Source: Octopus bimaculoides (lineage: Eukaryota). From it: 64,000 nucleotides of DNA. This document shows positions 43,301-55,000 of the stretch, one piece after another (position 1 is the first letter of the stretch; the number at the start of each line of letters is the position of its first letter). The notes under the pieces are model-generated. The model saw nothing but the letters and a program-made list of their open reading frames with translations, was not told where the DNA came from and did no database searches. The position numbers and the translations under genes were made by a program. Location: contig NC_068998.1 of the NCBI RefSeq assembly GCF_001194135.2, positions 17,520,746 to 17,584,745 on the forward strand, read 5' to 3'.

Positions 43301-44334
43301 GAAATCTTACCAATACTTTCATATATCACTTGATGCTATTATTTCCATCCACAAAGCCCGACCATATCTGTAAGTCATATTTAGTAGATACTTTCTCTTA
43401 AATTTGTTCAACTACAACTGTTACTACCTAAGTTTTGCTTCTAAATATGTACCATCCATAATTATAAATTCTTGAAATAGTCCCCTCCCCTTCCTTTGTA
43501 AGTTCTAAAATTTCAACATCGCTCTCTCATCTGCTCTGGTCTGGTTTTCAAATGGAATTATACTTTGGGCAAAACATTCCAAGTTTTGGAGAAATTATGA
43601 AAAATATCAATTTATATTTCATTTTAAGACTCAGTCAACTGAAATTTGCAAAAAAAAAAAAAAAACTTTGTTAAAAATTTGTAAAGATTTAATTACTTTG
43701 AAACCCATGGTGCCTTGCACCACTTGCTACAGGCAGAATTTGTCTTAAATACTGACTTTATTTATATATTAGTTGCACATCAACAATGTAGTATATTTTA
43801 TTTATTTAATATTGAAAAAAAAGTATGTTATTAATATAAGCATAATTATTGTCTTCCCTGTACTACTGAACATAGTAAATATTTATTATATGAGAGAGGG
43901 AGAGAGAGAGAGAGAATGTGAAACAATCTACCCTTCACTTTTAGTGATTTTGTGTTGTAAATGTTTTCTCAAGTGGGTTTCATGAAATCTACTGAATTAA
44001 TGGATAGGTTAGAATGTAATGTGAAATGGGGAAGTAAGACATTTAGCTGCTGTCCACTTATCTAGGAGTTTGTTGTTATTAATGTACTAGCCACAGTGAA
44101 AACATTGTAATTCAGATTGTAACAATGAAAGGGCTTTTCACAGGTTAACTAATGGTTTATTATCTTGATGACTATCACAGAGGACAGTGTCCATCAAGTT
44201 TACTTGATCATACATTTAAATGTATGATGTATAAAATGACTGTCATACAGGTCCAAACAATAATATTGATCAATGTCAGGATCAGGTGAAAACTCGACAG
44301 AGAAACAATTAGTTAACAGTTGAAGTATCTAGGT

Positions 44335-45085
44335 CAGTGGTTCTCAGCCATTCATAGCTCAGTGACCCCTCTCACCAAATTGCATTTTACAAACACCCTT
44401 TCATGTTTTGCAGCATAAAAAATATTCTAATCAAGCAAAAGCCAAACCAACACAATGGTGTATTATTCTCTCCCCCAGTATTTGGCCTTCAGATATTTAC
44501 ATAGACTAGTGTGCCCTATGTTAATTTTTTATGCAAATTAGTAAAGGTAAAAGACTTACTGAAATTATATTATTCCTTGGCACAAAGTCATGTTTCTTCT
44601 CACGGATGACACGGTGTGCTATTCATATTTTAAACTCAACAAAGATCTTAATGAAAAAATATGTTGAAATATAAGTAGTATATTTGATTTAAATATTTTA
44701 TTTTTAAGAAAATCACGACCTGATTGCAGATAGCCACAAAGTGAGTTGTTTTTGTTATTTTTTCTTCCTTTCTTCCACTAGTCACAGAGGCCTAGTACAA
44801 ACATTATGGCTATCTTTTCCTGATAAACCATTTAAAAAATTTCAAAACAATTTCCAGAACCTTCACTATTTCCAAAGAAATTAAGATCAAAAAAGCTATC
44901 TGCATAGAAAAGACTAGTAAGATATTTCTCAAAGTTTATTGGGTTAACCTGAAGATTTATTTAATCCAGTTGATTTTAAACTTAGTAATTAAAAACCATT
45001 TACCTGTCCAAGTTAAGACCCAGTGGCCCTTAATGAGCTCACACTGCATCCAAGAGAACACTGCTACCTGGGTTAAGAACCACTG
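44335..45085. mobile_element. hAT (Charlie-like) non-autonomous element
   Basis: TIRs CAGTGGTTCT / AGAACCACTG; flanks atctaggt and gtccaggg (degenerate 8-bp TSD). Confidence 0.6.
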
Positions 45086-45825
45086 GTCCAGGGGTCCAGG
45101 TGAACATTCAGATTAATCATTAAACTTTTAGAAGTGTCTCTCCTTTGCTTTTCCTGTGCACATGACTACCTTGATGTTAATTTGTTTGTAAACAAGCTAT
45201 GATGGTGATAGTTGTTTTTCGGGGGGGTTTTCGGGGTTTTTTTATCAGAAAAGAAAGGACAGTGCTCATGATCCTTTTGCTAGGCTTCTGAGATTGGAGG
45301 ATAAAAGGGAGTAAGAAATCCCAACTCCTGGAAACTCTGTTAAAGGCACCTAAAAGCCAGGTGGTTTTGTTAAATTAGGTCATAGTCTCTGTCTCCCAAG
45401 TTTCATTCATACAACTTGGGTTGATTTGAGGCTATGGAAGAAGACACTTGCCTTAGGAACATACAGCGGGATTGAACTTGGAATCATGTGATTGCTAAGA
45501 AAATTTCTTAACCACAATATCCTGACATATAGGAATTACATTCGCTCACTTATTGATTTTATCATGATATATTCAGGGATTCAAGTTATCTTGTAAATTC
45601 AATTAAGGTTTCATTATACATTTATAAGATATTTTAAGCTGGTGAATTAGCTGTGTTATTAGAAAGTTGGATCAAATGACTTGTAGTATTTATTCCTGCT
45701 CTCTAAACTCTGTGTTCAAATCACACAGAGATTTACTCCATCTTTCATGATATTCGTCCATTAATATAAAAAAAAATCCCAGTTCAGAATGGTGGATTAG
45801 CAGAAGTGTTAGTGTGGCACAGGAT

Positions 45826-47460
45826 ACCTTGCAATATCTGTTCTGGCTCTTTGCCTTTCCTTGGGACATCAGTAGTGTGATGAGAGTATACATGGACACT
45901 GCTTGTCTTCCACACATAAGAAAAAAAAACATTGCCCTGACCTGTGCATACATGTGTAGATATATGGTCGAGTTTGATTGATGGAGACTCTAGAAGGTAT
46001 TAGATTTGATTAAACTTAATTTACTGTAGAGGTATAAAGAAACACAAGTATCAAGATATTAAGAATTTAGGGTGGTTTTTTTGGGGGGGGGTTTATTTTG
46101 TTTTCTCCCTTTGTTGTTAAATTTAAGAACCTGAATATTTTTGTTTAATCTTTGACAACATAAAGTTAACTATAAATGCTCTACTTCCAAACTAAGGATG
46201 AGAACTAACCAAGTATGCCAGGAGTGTTTCTACTGATTGCTTGATAGCATGCAATATTCTAAAACAAACAGTTAAATATTCCAAAGTCAGAAGGTATTTA
46301 GTAAGGTTGTCTTTGACAGGTCATTCATGTGTATGTTACTTTGAAAATGTTTCTATCTTTTGATTGTTTCCTTGTTAACAAGTTTTGTAGTATTAAGCAT
46401 AAATTTCTTAAAAATACATTTGAAAATCTCCAAAATTTAAGTATACCATGATTTCTTGCACAGGTATGAAACTTCATAAGAGAAATATTGTTTGAAGTGG
46501 TTCTCTTCTAAATACATTAACTGAAATAATTGCACCTGAAAATTGAAAGCAAATCAAATTTCTAATAGTTATGAACTTCTCCTGCATCTCCACATCCACC
46601 AAAAAAACAATTATGTAACACCTGTTACCAATAATGGAAAAATCATATAACTGATATTCTACTTTTCATCTTTTTGCGAATTCATATTTTGAGAATTAGA
46701 TTAAAGAAAATTAATACCGACTCTTTATGTCTAAGAATATATAATGCAAATTAATGTTTTTCATTAGTTACATGATCAATGTGAAAACCTCCTTTGTATA
46801 GAAAAGTAAACAGGTGACTAGAGATGAGGTTTTGTATTGGCATTCTCTAGAGACTTATTTGAATTAGAAATTGCAAAGGAAAGTTTTATGTGGCTTTTAA
46901 TTAAGGAACACATTAAGGTTTTTGAGATGTGTGCTGCCTGAAAATCTTTTATCACTAAAAGCATCAATCCAGGATTGTGGATTGATAGAATAATTAGGAC
47001 ATTGGACAAGATGACCTTGCAGTATTTGTTCTGGCTCTTTGAGCTCTGACAATAATGCCTGTGACAACACTGATACCAAGTTGTATCAGCTTAAAGTGGT
47101 GGCCTTTCCTTTTGGATAAGATAAGTGATGTGGAAAGAGGACACATGCATGCATGAACAATTGCTAATCTTCCATACAAAAAAATTCCAGATTGATGTCA
47201 ATGATGTTAGAACAGAATACATTTTAAGAAGCATTCTGATATTGAAAAAAATAAATAAAAGGAAAGATAGTTAGTCAGGCATATAGATTAATAGAAATAA
47301 TGTCAATCTTGAGTGACACTGTCTTGTAAATTGCACTATTGCAAAATGTGGTCAAATGTTTCTTAGGCAGTATTTATGTTATCACCAAGACAAGGAAATA
47401 GTTTAGATGGAGGTTGACATGGATGAAGACGAGAATCTATTGTGGTATAGTGTGAATTAG
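45826..47460 (-). mobile_element. Two related degenerate LINE-like fragments (45826-45900 and ~47014-47460)
   Basis: Shared accttgca.tat.tgttctggctctttg (26/28 nt) and gcctttcctt. Minus strand resembles a LINE EN-RT linker. Family assignment is weak. Confidence 0.35.
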
Positions 47461-47565
47461 TACTGGAATGAAGGACATCCAAGAATTAGACAGGGAAATT
47501 AATTATTAGGTTAAGGGTGTAAAATATATCAATCCAAGATATATAATTTGATGAATGATGGCTTA

Positions 47566-47640
47566 TCATTGAATGTGCTACTTTATCAATGAATGTGCTA
47601 CTTTATCAATGAATGTGCTACTTTATCAATGAATGTGCAA
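47566..47640. repeat. 20-bp tandem repeat, ~3.7 copies (tcaatgaatgtgctacttta)
   Basis: Direct inspection. Confidence 0.9.
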
Positions 47641-48441
47641 TGGTTAGATGAGTTATCTATTCAATAATGGAGAAAGCTGCTTATTAATTAGGTATGTAAC
47701 AATTACTAAAAGAAAGCAATTATTAAAGGGTTGACCATCTGGAAATATTTTTATAAATTCATGTTCTAAGAAATTTCCTATAATTTTGATTTCTCAAATT
47801 TATTGAATTTTTTTAACTCCAATTTCTCTCAAATTTAAATATTCATTGCATTCACTGCATCCAATTCTTCACAAATTTAGATATTCATTGCATTCACTGC
47901 ACAGTATTCCATTTTCATTTGCCAAGTCTTTCACTTTCTCTTTTTAAGTTTTAATTCACTATTTGGAATTGGGAATCAAATGTGAAAATATTATCNNNNN
48001 NNNNNNNNNNNNNNNNNNNNNNNNNNNNNNNNNNNNNNNNNNNNNNNNNNNNNNNNNNNNNNNNNNNNNNNNNNNNNNNNNNNNNNNNNNNNNNNNNNNN
48101 NNNNNNNNNNNNNNNNNNNNNNNNNNNNNNNNNNNNNNNNNNNNNNNNNNNNNNNNNNNNNNNNNNNNNNNNNNNNNNNNNNNNNNNNNNNNNNNNNNNN
48201 NNNNNNNNNNNNNNNNNNNNNNNNNNNNNNNNNNNNNNNNNNNNNNNNNNNNNNNNNNNNNNNNNNNNNNNNNNNNNNNNNNNNNNNNNNNNNNNNNNNN
48301 NNNNNNNNNNNNNNNNTTTACTAATGTCAAATTGATGGTCTCCAAGTGTCAGTAAAAAGCAAGTACTGACCTTGGGGGACACTAAACCTCCTACAAAACT
48401 TGCTAATCTGTGCCAAGTAAACATACTCCCATCATTTCAGT

Positions 48442-48541
48442 ATGGCTGATGGAGAAACATATAAACCACAATGGAATTTGGTAGAGTTCACATTGCTCTC
48501 AATTTTTCCTATTCATCTTTCATTCTTTCACATACATAAAG
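48442..48541 (+). CDS. Divergent SLC6/NSS-like transporter, coding exon 1 (N-terminus and shortened TM1): MADGETYKPQWNLVEFTLLSIFPIHLSFFHIHK
   Basis: Acceptor ccatcatttcag ends at 48440, ATG at 48442, donor G|gtatgt at 48542 (phase 1). QWNLVEFTLLSI resembles SLC6 'WxxxxEFLLSxI'. Phase matches the next exon. An upstream coding exon cannot be excluded. Confidence 0.75.
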
Positions 48542-48654
48542 GTATGTACCAGCTGATCTAAAATTTATAAAAATGTCTTTAAATCATCTTGAAAACTTTT
48601 TGCATGGTTTCTTTTTTCCTTCTTTTTTAAGGCTAAATTAACAAATGTGTATCT

Positions 48655-49030
48655 TTGTTAGCATAATTTAATGTCCTCTTTCCATGCTGGCATGGGTTGG
48701 GCAGTTTGACGGGAGCTGGCAAGTCAGAAGACTGTATTAAGCTGTACTGTTGGCTTTGGCATGGTTTCTACAGCTGGATGCCCTTCCTAATGCCAAACAC
48801 TTTACAGAGTGAACTGGGTGATTTTTACATGGCACCAGCAGCAGTGAAGTCCTCAAGTAACTTGCAAAATGAGACCCCTCAACTGAGTGGGGAGTAATAT
48901 TGAGGAAGGTGGCTTTGTACTATGTGATGAGAGGATAGAGTATGAGCAGGAGGAGACAGAAACAGGTATCTTGCAGTTGAGAAAGTACATAGCCACCCTA
49001 GTTGGAGGGTGGGGTGAGATGACAATGATG
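48655..49030 (-). mobile_element. RTE-related 3' UTR element in intron 1
   Basis: tttaatgtcc..tttccatgctggcatgggttgg...ggatgcccttcctaatgccaa matches the units at 10660-11060. Confidence 0.75.
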
Positions 49031-49889
49031 ATGAAGATTTGATGGGTTGTATCTCCATATTAAATTGTAATGCCAAGCATTAGAATTGTTAGTCAGTCCT
49101 ACAACATGTTAGTCAGTCCTAAAACCAGCAAAAGATAAAATTTTTGGATTCCTTTAACAATTTTGTTTCCTTTTTTTTTTTTATGTTAACCTATCATTAT
49201 TATTTAAATTGACTTTCCCTTTCTTGTTCTTTCTGATGTATCAACACTGAACATAAGAGATTCCTGGTAATTCAAGCTATTTTTCTTAGTTTGCCATTTG
49301 CTTAAAATTTAATGACTGTCCTTAATGAGAAAAAAATAGTAACATCATTAGCACATTAATACAACATAAATTGTTTTCTTTGTGAGGATGTCATTTTACA
49401 TATCCTTTATAGATTTTAAGTTATTCTTGATCCTAAGATCATAACCAGATCCAACTGTCATTAATGGAAAGGCATTCCAACTGTGACCATTCTTGTCTTT
49501 TTATCAGTCATAATGTATCTGGGAATATATTATCTGTGTCTTACCTTTTCTTTTTTTTAAAGAGAAATTTGTTCCCTATTTCTAGCAAGTTGAGTGAATA
49601 ATGGCTCCTGCAAAAAGTAGTAGAAAAGATTGTAAACAGCTGACAACTGGTATGTCAGTGTTCTACTGGGCCTTAATCTTTCTCTGATTTTGTTCAGGAT
49701 CAATAAAATTTTTACAAATAATATACTAGAGTTCGTTAAATCCTCAAAACAAAGTTGACTTTATGAAATCACTGGTAATATTATAAATAATTTTGTGTAA
49801 TGTTCTGTAGTGTTCTGTTTTATTGTAATCAAATTAAATAACAATCTGTTAGTGATTATATCTTAAATTATTTTTCTTTTCCATTTCAG

Positions 49890-50024
49890 ATTTGTCAGTG
49901 ATAATTCATTTCATATTTTTATCAGTGCTTTGTATTCCCCCCTTGTTTCTACAGCTGAAGTTAGGGGGACACTTACAAAAAGGAATTGTGGGAATGCTCT
50001 CAACCTATTTTCCTATATGGAAAG
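49890..50024 (+). CDS. SLC6-like coding exon 2 (TM2): (D)LSVIIHFIFLSVLCIPPLFLQLKLGGHLQKGIVGMLSTYFPIWK(G)
   Basis: ttttccatttcag acceptor, G|gtaagc donor, 135 nt, phase 1/1. Aligns without gaps to SLC6 '[26 protein letters not shown]...P..KG'. Confidence 0.88.
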
Positions 50025-50069
50025 GTAAGCTTATTAATAATTATCATCATTATCAACAATTTATGAGGT

Positions 50070-50690
50070 AATAAGCTGGCACAATCATTAACACTTCAGA
50101 CAAAATGCTTAGCAGCATTTCTTCCAGCTCTTCATGTTCTAAGTTCAAGTCTTGCCAAGGTCAGCTTTGCCTTTCCTCCTTTCAGGGTTGATAAAATAAA
50201 GTACCAGTTAAATACTGGGGACAATGTAACTAACTCATCTCCTCACTTCGAAATTACTGGTCTTGTGCCAACATTAGAAAGAATTATTAACAGATCATAA
50301 ATAATAATGAACGTGACTGTGTGGTAAAAAGCTTGCTTCCCAACCATATGGTTCCAGGTTCAGTTCTACTGCATGGCACCTTGGGCAAGTGTCTTCTACT
50401 ATAGCCTCAGGCCAATCAAAGCTTTATGAGTGGATTTGGTAGACAGAAACTGAAAGAAGCCCGTCATATATATGTATATATTTGTGTGTTTGTTCCCCCA
50501 CCATCACTTGACAACTGATGTTGGTGTGTTTACGTCCCTGTAACTTGGCAGTTCAGCAAAAGAGAGTGATAGAATAAGTACCAGGTTTACAAAGAATAAG
50601 TCCAAGGGTCGATTACTTCGACTAAAAGGTGGTGCTCCAGTATGACCACAGTCAAAATGACTAAAACAAGTAAAAGTATAAAAGAATAAA
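50070..50690 (+). mobile_element. Two adjacent SINEs in intron 2
   Basis: 50070-50280 belongs to the 14071 family; 50305-50690 belongs to the 19381 family with its full tail. Confidence 0.85.
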
Positions 50691-53419
50691 ATATTTAGTC
50701 CCATTCTTCTAAGTTGTCTTTCCTCTTCTAATAGTGATAAAATAGATACCAGTCATGTAATAGATTAGTTTGACTGGTTTTACCATTTTTCCTTATCAAC
50801 AAAATGTTATTCTGAATTTATTATTTTAATATCAAGAGTTTTGTATTTGAAATGAAAAAGTAAGAAATATTAATATACTTATAAACTTCCATTTTCTTTT
50901 TTTAATTTGAGACTGGCTTTTTAAACACAAAAAAATTAGGTTTTCTTCAAAGAAATTTTTTTTCACAGGTAAAATATAATTAAACAAATTTCAAGTTTGA
51001 ATATTTTGTGTGTTCTGTTTTCTTGTAAAATTTTTAATTATTTTTTATTTAATTTGTTGTTTTTCTCCCTCTTTTACTCTCTCTTTCTCTCTCACTCTCT
51101 CTCTCTCTCTCTCTTTCTCTCTCACTCTCTCTCTCTCTCTCTCTCTCTCTGATAAAACTAGACAATTTTCTCTATAATGCTTCCCAAATAATTAATAGCA
51201 CTTTTGTGATTTTAAAAGTGCTATCTGTTTACTTATTTTTAGAATTTGTTTCCATATGATTTACACTGCAGGATAACAAATCAATGATTTTGCTGCTTTA
51301 CAGCAGAATATCTAAAATAAAGCTAAGAATTAAAATTATTTTCATTCCTCCATTGCTTATTTCTTAACTGCTTCAGTTGTGTAGCATAGTCTTTCTTCTT
51401 ATCCACTGATCTGTTCTTCTGAGAAAGGTTGTAGTTGGCTGATTCAGAGTGATTTTGGTTTACTGGCTAAAGGGTTAGTAGTTTATGTTCTAATCACTAC
51501 TAGCTTTTTTAACCTAGTTGTACTAGTTACCAATCACAGACTTCTAATTCATTACAGAAGCTGCTTATTCACTGTTTTATCGAACTGGTCCCATTATTTT
51601 ACTGTGTTGAGGCCAAATTTTCCCCAAAATATTGCTTGAAGTGAAATTGGTTCTTAATATTACAAGAAATGAAAGTTTTTACTTTAGTGCCTCCTATTAT
51701 TAGGAGTTACAGAACCAAGCTCATATTATCCTTAACCTTTTTCTTTTATTTTTTAACCTGGAGAGGCAGCATATCTAATAATACCCTTTCAAAGACTGGT
51801 TGAATTTAATGTATTATTTTTATTGTATATCTCTAGTTTTATGAATAAAGATTCTCTGCTAATCACAAATACAGAAAGTATCCAGATTTCTTTTGAATTT
51901 ACAAAAGCTTGAAGCTATACTATTATTACTCTCAATTTACGTTTGATAAACTCATTTAATGAACAATTTCTTTCAAATGATCATTATTGCTGTCTGAGTT
52001 TTTATAACAAGATTTGGGAATTCTATCCATTATGACATTATAGTTAATGTAATTTAAATTTTGCTTTCATAATCAGTCATTTTGAAATGCCAATGTACTA
52101 TTGTTGCAAAGATTACACCAGTATTGGACTATTGCCAATTTTCTTCCCTTGAGAAAAGCCATTTTTCTGTTGTTGGTAGATATTTTTGAAACCCCCTATC
52201 ACTGATTGACACTTTATTTAAAATTACAAAAACTCGTAATTTTCCAAACATTTCCTCATGGTTCAGTTAATAATAATTATTACCTAGCTTTTATGTCTTC
52301 GGTTTCCTAACTTTGGTATACAAAATCTCATCATCACAAGACACCATATTCTGCTTTCATGCTTAGGTTTCCTCTGCTTGTTAAAAAAAATAATGTTGCC
52401 AGTCTCCAAATTTCCTTATAAATCTCATAACTCTAATCAAATTACCTATAAGTTTTGATTGGGCTAGACACCCTTGTCTTCTGCAATGATTACTCATAAT
52501 TTATATATGTACTAATTGATAATTCATTAGGTGATGTCTGATCAAGGTTTCTTTTAGAAAACAATTTATGTTGTTGAGTTGGGTAAATTTTGATGTGCAC
52601 ATGTGAATGCATGTTGATGATTATTTAAAACCATGGGTTAATCCTGATTCGGCTGACCTACGATAAAAGGTATTCCAGCCGAGACCTCTCTTATTCCATT
52701 TTTTTTTTTTCTCTTTCATACTATGGTAGCTCCCAGGACTCTATGTTCCATGCTCTTCTAAATTTTTAAGACAGTAGGGTGAGATTTGAAGGAGATTTTT
52801 GGCAGGTCTAGCAACCACAAGCTGCTCACTCATTGTTTAACAAGCCAACATGTGAAAATGTGATTTAGTATGTTATAAAAGTCAGAGCAGATGTAAGCTT
52901 AGAAAACTTTACTAATGCATTGACAGTAGCCAGATAGATTGTTTTATTCAGACATGTCTCTTTGAGACAAAGAACTACAATATCATAAAGTGCTCTCGCC
53001 TCTGCACCAGATTCTCATGTTAATCTAAAGAATACTTAACTGTATTTTAAACATAATGTCATTTAGTTTTACATGATTAACTTTTCAGAAAAAATCAAAC
53101 CTGTGCAGTCCACTTTGTAACTGATAAATAGTTGTTTTTGCTATTGGTATTAGTTTCCTTCCTTCTTTTTTATAATTAGAATGTTGTGATTGAATTTCCA
53201 TGATTTTGATTTTAAAATGAAAAGGAATTAAAAAAACAAACCTTCATGCAATCAATACATTCACTTATATGTGATCAGTAACTGCTTGGTTATTTTGAAT
53301 TTTGCTTTTAGTCCTGTCTTATGGATTCATTAATAATTGCTATGACTTGTGGGAATTAACCTCTTTAAATCTACACAGTAATATTGCAATTCACTTCTGA
53401 GTTTGCATTTTCTAAGTTT

Positions 53420-53750
53420 ATATATACATATGGTTAAGAAGTTCACTTTGCAACTACAGGTTCAGTTTTTCACTAAGCTGCACCCTGGGCAAGTGTCTTT
53501 GAATATTGCCCGGGATCAATCAATGCTTTGTGAAGGAATTTGCTATGTAGAAATACTGTGGCAGCCAATCATATATACATCTGCGTGTGTTGTGTTTATG
53601 TCCCATTTACATGACTGTTGAACAAAAGGAGAATGATAGAATAAGTACCAGATTTAAAAATAAGAACTAGAGTTGATTTTATTGACTAAAACCCTTCAAG
53701 CCAGTGTCTTAGCATTGCTGCAGTTCATAAATGAAACAAGTACAAAAATA
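53420..53750 (+). mobile_element. Degenerate tRNA-derived SINE in intron 2
   Basis: gggcaagtgtctt...gatagaataagtaccag...gactaaaacccttcaag...gaaacaagta tail. Confidence 0.7.
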
Positions 53751-53973
53751 TGATAAAGTCTTACAAATGAAATTTATCTGTAATTATTTTGCACACACAC
53801 ACACAGTCATAGCCATCATTTAGGTCTGAGATCCAATGCTATTTACATCCTTTTGTCTGTTAGTACAGTAAAATCTTATCTATTTCTATTAAAAATTTGT
53901 ATTCTGTGGATTTGCATACTACAGCAATTTTTTTAATTAAAGCAGTTTCATAATGTAGAGCTTCAGTTTCTTA

Positions 53974-54504
53974 CAGTTCTATATTTAAGAGATGAGGAAT
54001 TATGTACATTATTTACATTCGACGGATATTTGTCCTCATCTTGTTTGTTGTTAACACGTTTCAGCTGATATACCCTCCAGCCTTCTTCAGGTATCTTGGG
54101 GGAAATTTCGAACCTGGGTTCTCATTCCTAAGGTATTTTTTGATGTTATTATTATTATTGTTGTTGTTCAGGTCACTGATTGGAATCGAACTCGGAATCT
54201 TGGGGTTAGTAGCCCATGGGGTAATATGCCCATGGGGTAATATGCCCATAGGGTAATATACCCATGGGTATATGGTGTAGTGGTTAAGAGCGTGGGCTAC
54301 TAACCCCAAGATTCCGAGTTCGATTCCAAGCAGTGACCTGAACAATAGTAATGATAATAATAATATCGAAAAATGCCTTAGGAAGGAGAACCCAGGTTCG
54401 AAATTTCCCCCAAGACACCTGAAAAAGGCTGGAGGGTATATCAGCCGAAACGTGTTAACAACAAACAAGATGAGGGACAAATATCCGTCTAATATAAATA
54501 ATGT
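53974..54504. mobile_element. Palindromic insertion of two head-to-head copies of a tRNA-headed element with a hammerhead-like core
   Basis: Arms ~54005-54215 and ~54293-54504 are near-perfect reverse complements. A-box TGGTGTAGTGG and B-box GTTCGATTC on the right arm. CTGAAGA-A-GGCTG...CAGC(C/T)-GAAAC motif at 54053-54095 (-) and 54414-54456 (+). 12-bp TSD ttcagtttctta at 53962-53973 and 54505-54516. Central cccatggggtaatatg repeated ~3 times. Confidence 0.85.
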
Positions 54505-54568
54505 TTCAGTTTCTTATATAAACTTCTAATATCTAATTCCATTCCTTTGTTTCTTGAACTTACTTACA

Positions 54569-54627
54569 CAGATTACTGATGGTATCGATCATGTTCAGGG
54601 ATTCCCGCATTGGAGATTGACAGTGAC
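54569..54627 (+). pseudogene. Intronic 59-nt duplicate of part of coding exon 5 (ITDGIDHVxGFPHWR)
   Basis: 56/59 identity to 56785-56843. Confidence 0.92.
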
Positions 54628-54688
54628 TTCAATGTTTTGGCCTGCTAAGCCATCATCAGGCAGTCCAGAAACTTCGAAATCACTGTCA
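54619..54688 (-). other. Hammerhead-like hairpin motif (degenerate)
   Basis: Minus strand GACAGTGATTTCGAAGT-T-TCTGGACTGC-CTGATGA-T-GGCTTAGCAGGCC-AAAAC-ATTGAAGTCACTGTC: 17-bp closing stem with one mismatch, CUGAUGA core and short stem II. G12 is replaced by A and no stem I is evident. Confidence 0.5.
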
Positions 54689-54831
54689 CAACATTCTTGT
54701 TTGAGAATGATAAAACATATATATATATATATATATATTGCTTAATCAATACCAAAATAGTTTTTTGTGAAATTTGATGCTTCACTTTTTGTACATGTTT
54801 CTTATTTTTTTGTTTTTGTTTATTTCTGCAG

Positions 54832-55000
54832 GTGTAGGCATTGCAGCATTAGTGCATTTAATGTTAATTTGTATATACCAAGGTCCTGTTGTAGCAGAAG
54901 TGGCAAGTTATATGTTCATATCTGTAGCACAGCAGCCATATCTATGGGGTACTTGTGACAATTCATGGAATACAAATTACTGTTCTCCAGGTGTTGTAAG
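54832..55000 (+). CDS. SLC6-like coding exon 3 (TM3 and start of EL2): VGIAALVHLMLICIYQGPVVAEVASYMFISVAQQPYLWGTCDNSWNTNYCSPGVV
   Basis: tatttctgcag acceptor, AG|gtaaga donor, 169 nt, phase 1/2. Has the hallmark SLC6 EL2 motif W-x-x-C-x-N-x-W-N-T-x-x-C. Overlaps ORF 54774..55004. Confidence 0.92.

Noticed and set aside
45249-45310. Micro-exon KRKDSAHDPFARLLRLEDKR with ag/gtaaga boundaries
   Set aside because: No homology evidence; such boundaries are expected by chance in 48 kb.
54267-54340. Functional tRNA gene
   Set aside because: A and B boxes are present but acceptor and T stems do not pair properly, and it continues into repeat body; a SINE head.
54061-54480. 139-aa minus ORF and mirror ORF 54002..54256
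   Set aside because: By-products of the palindromic insertion and (AAT)n tracts; no protein features.
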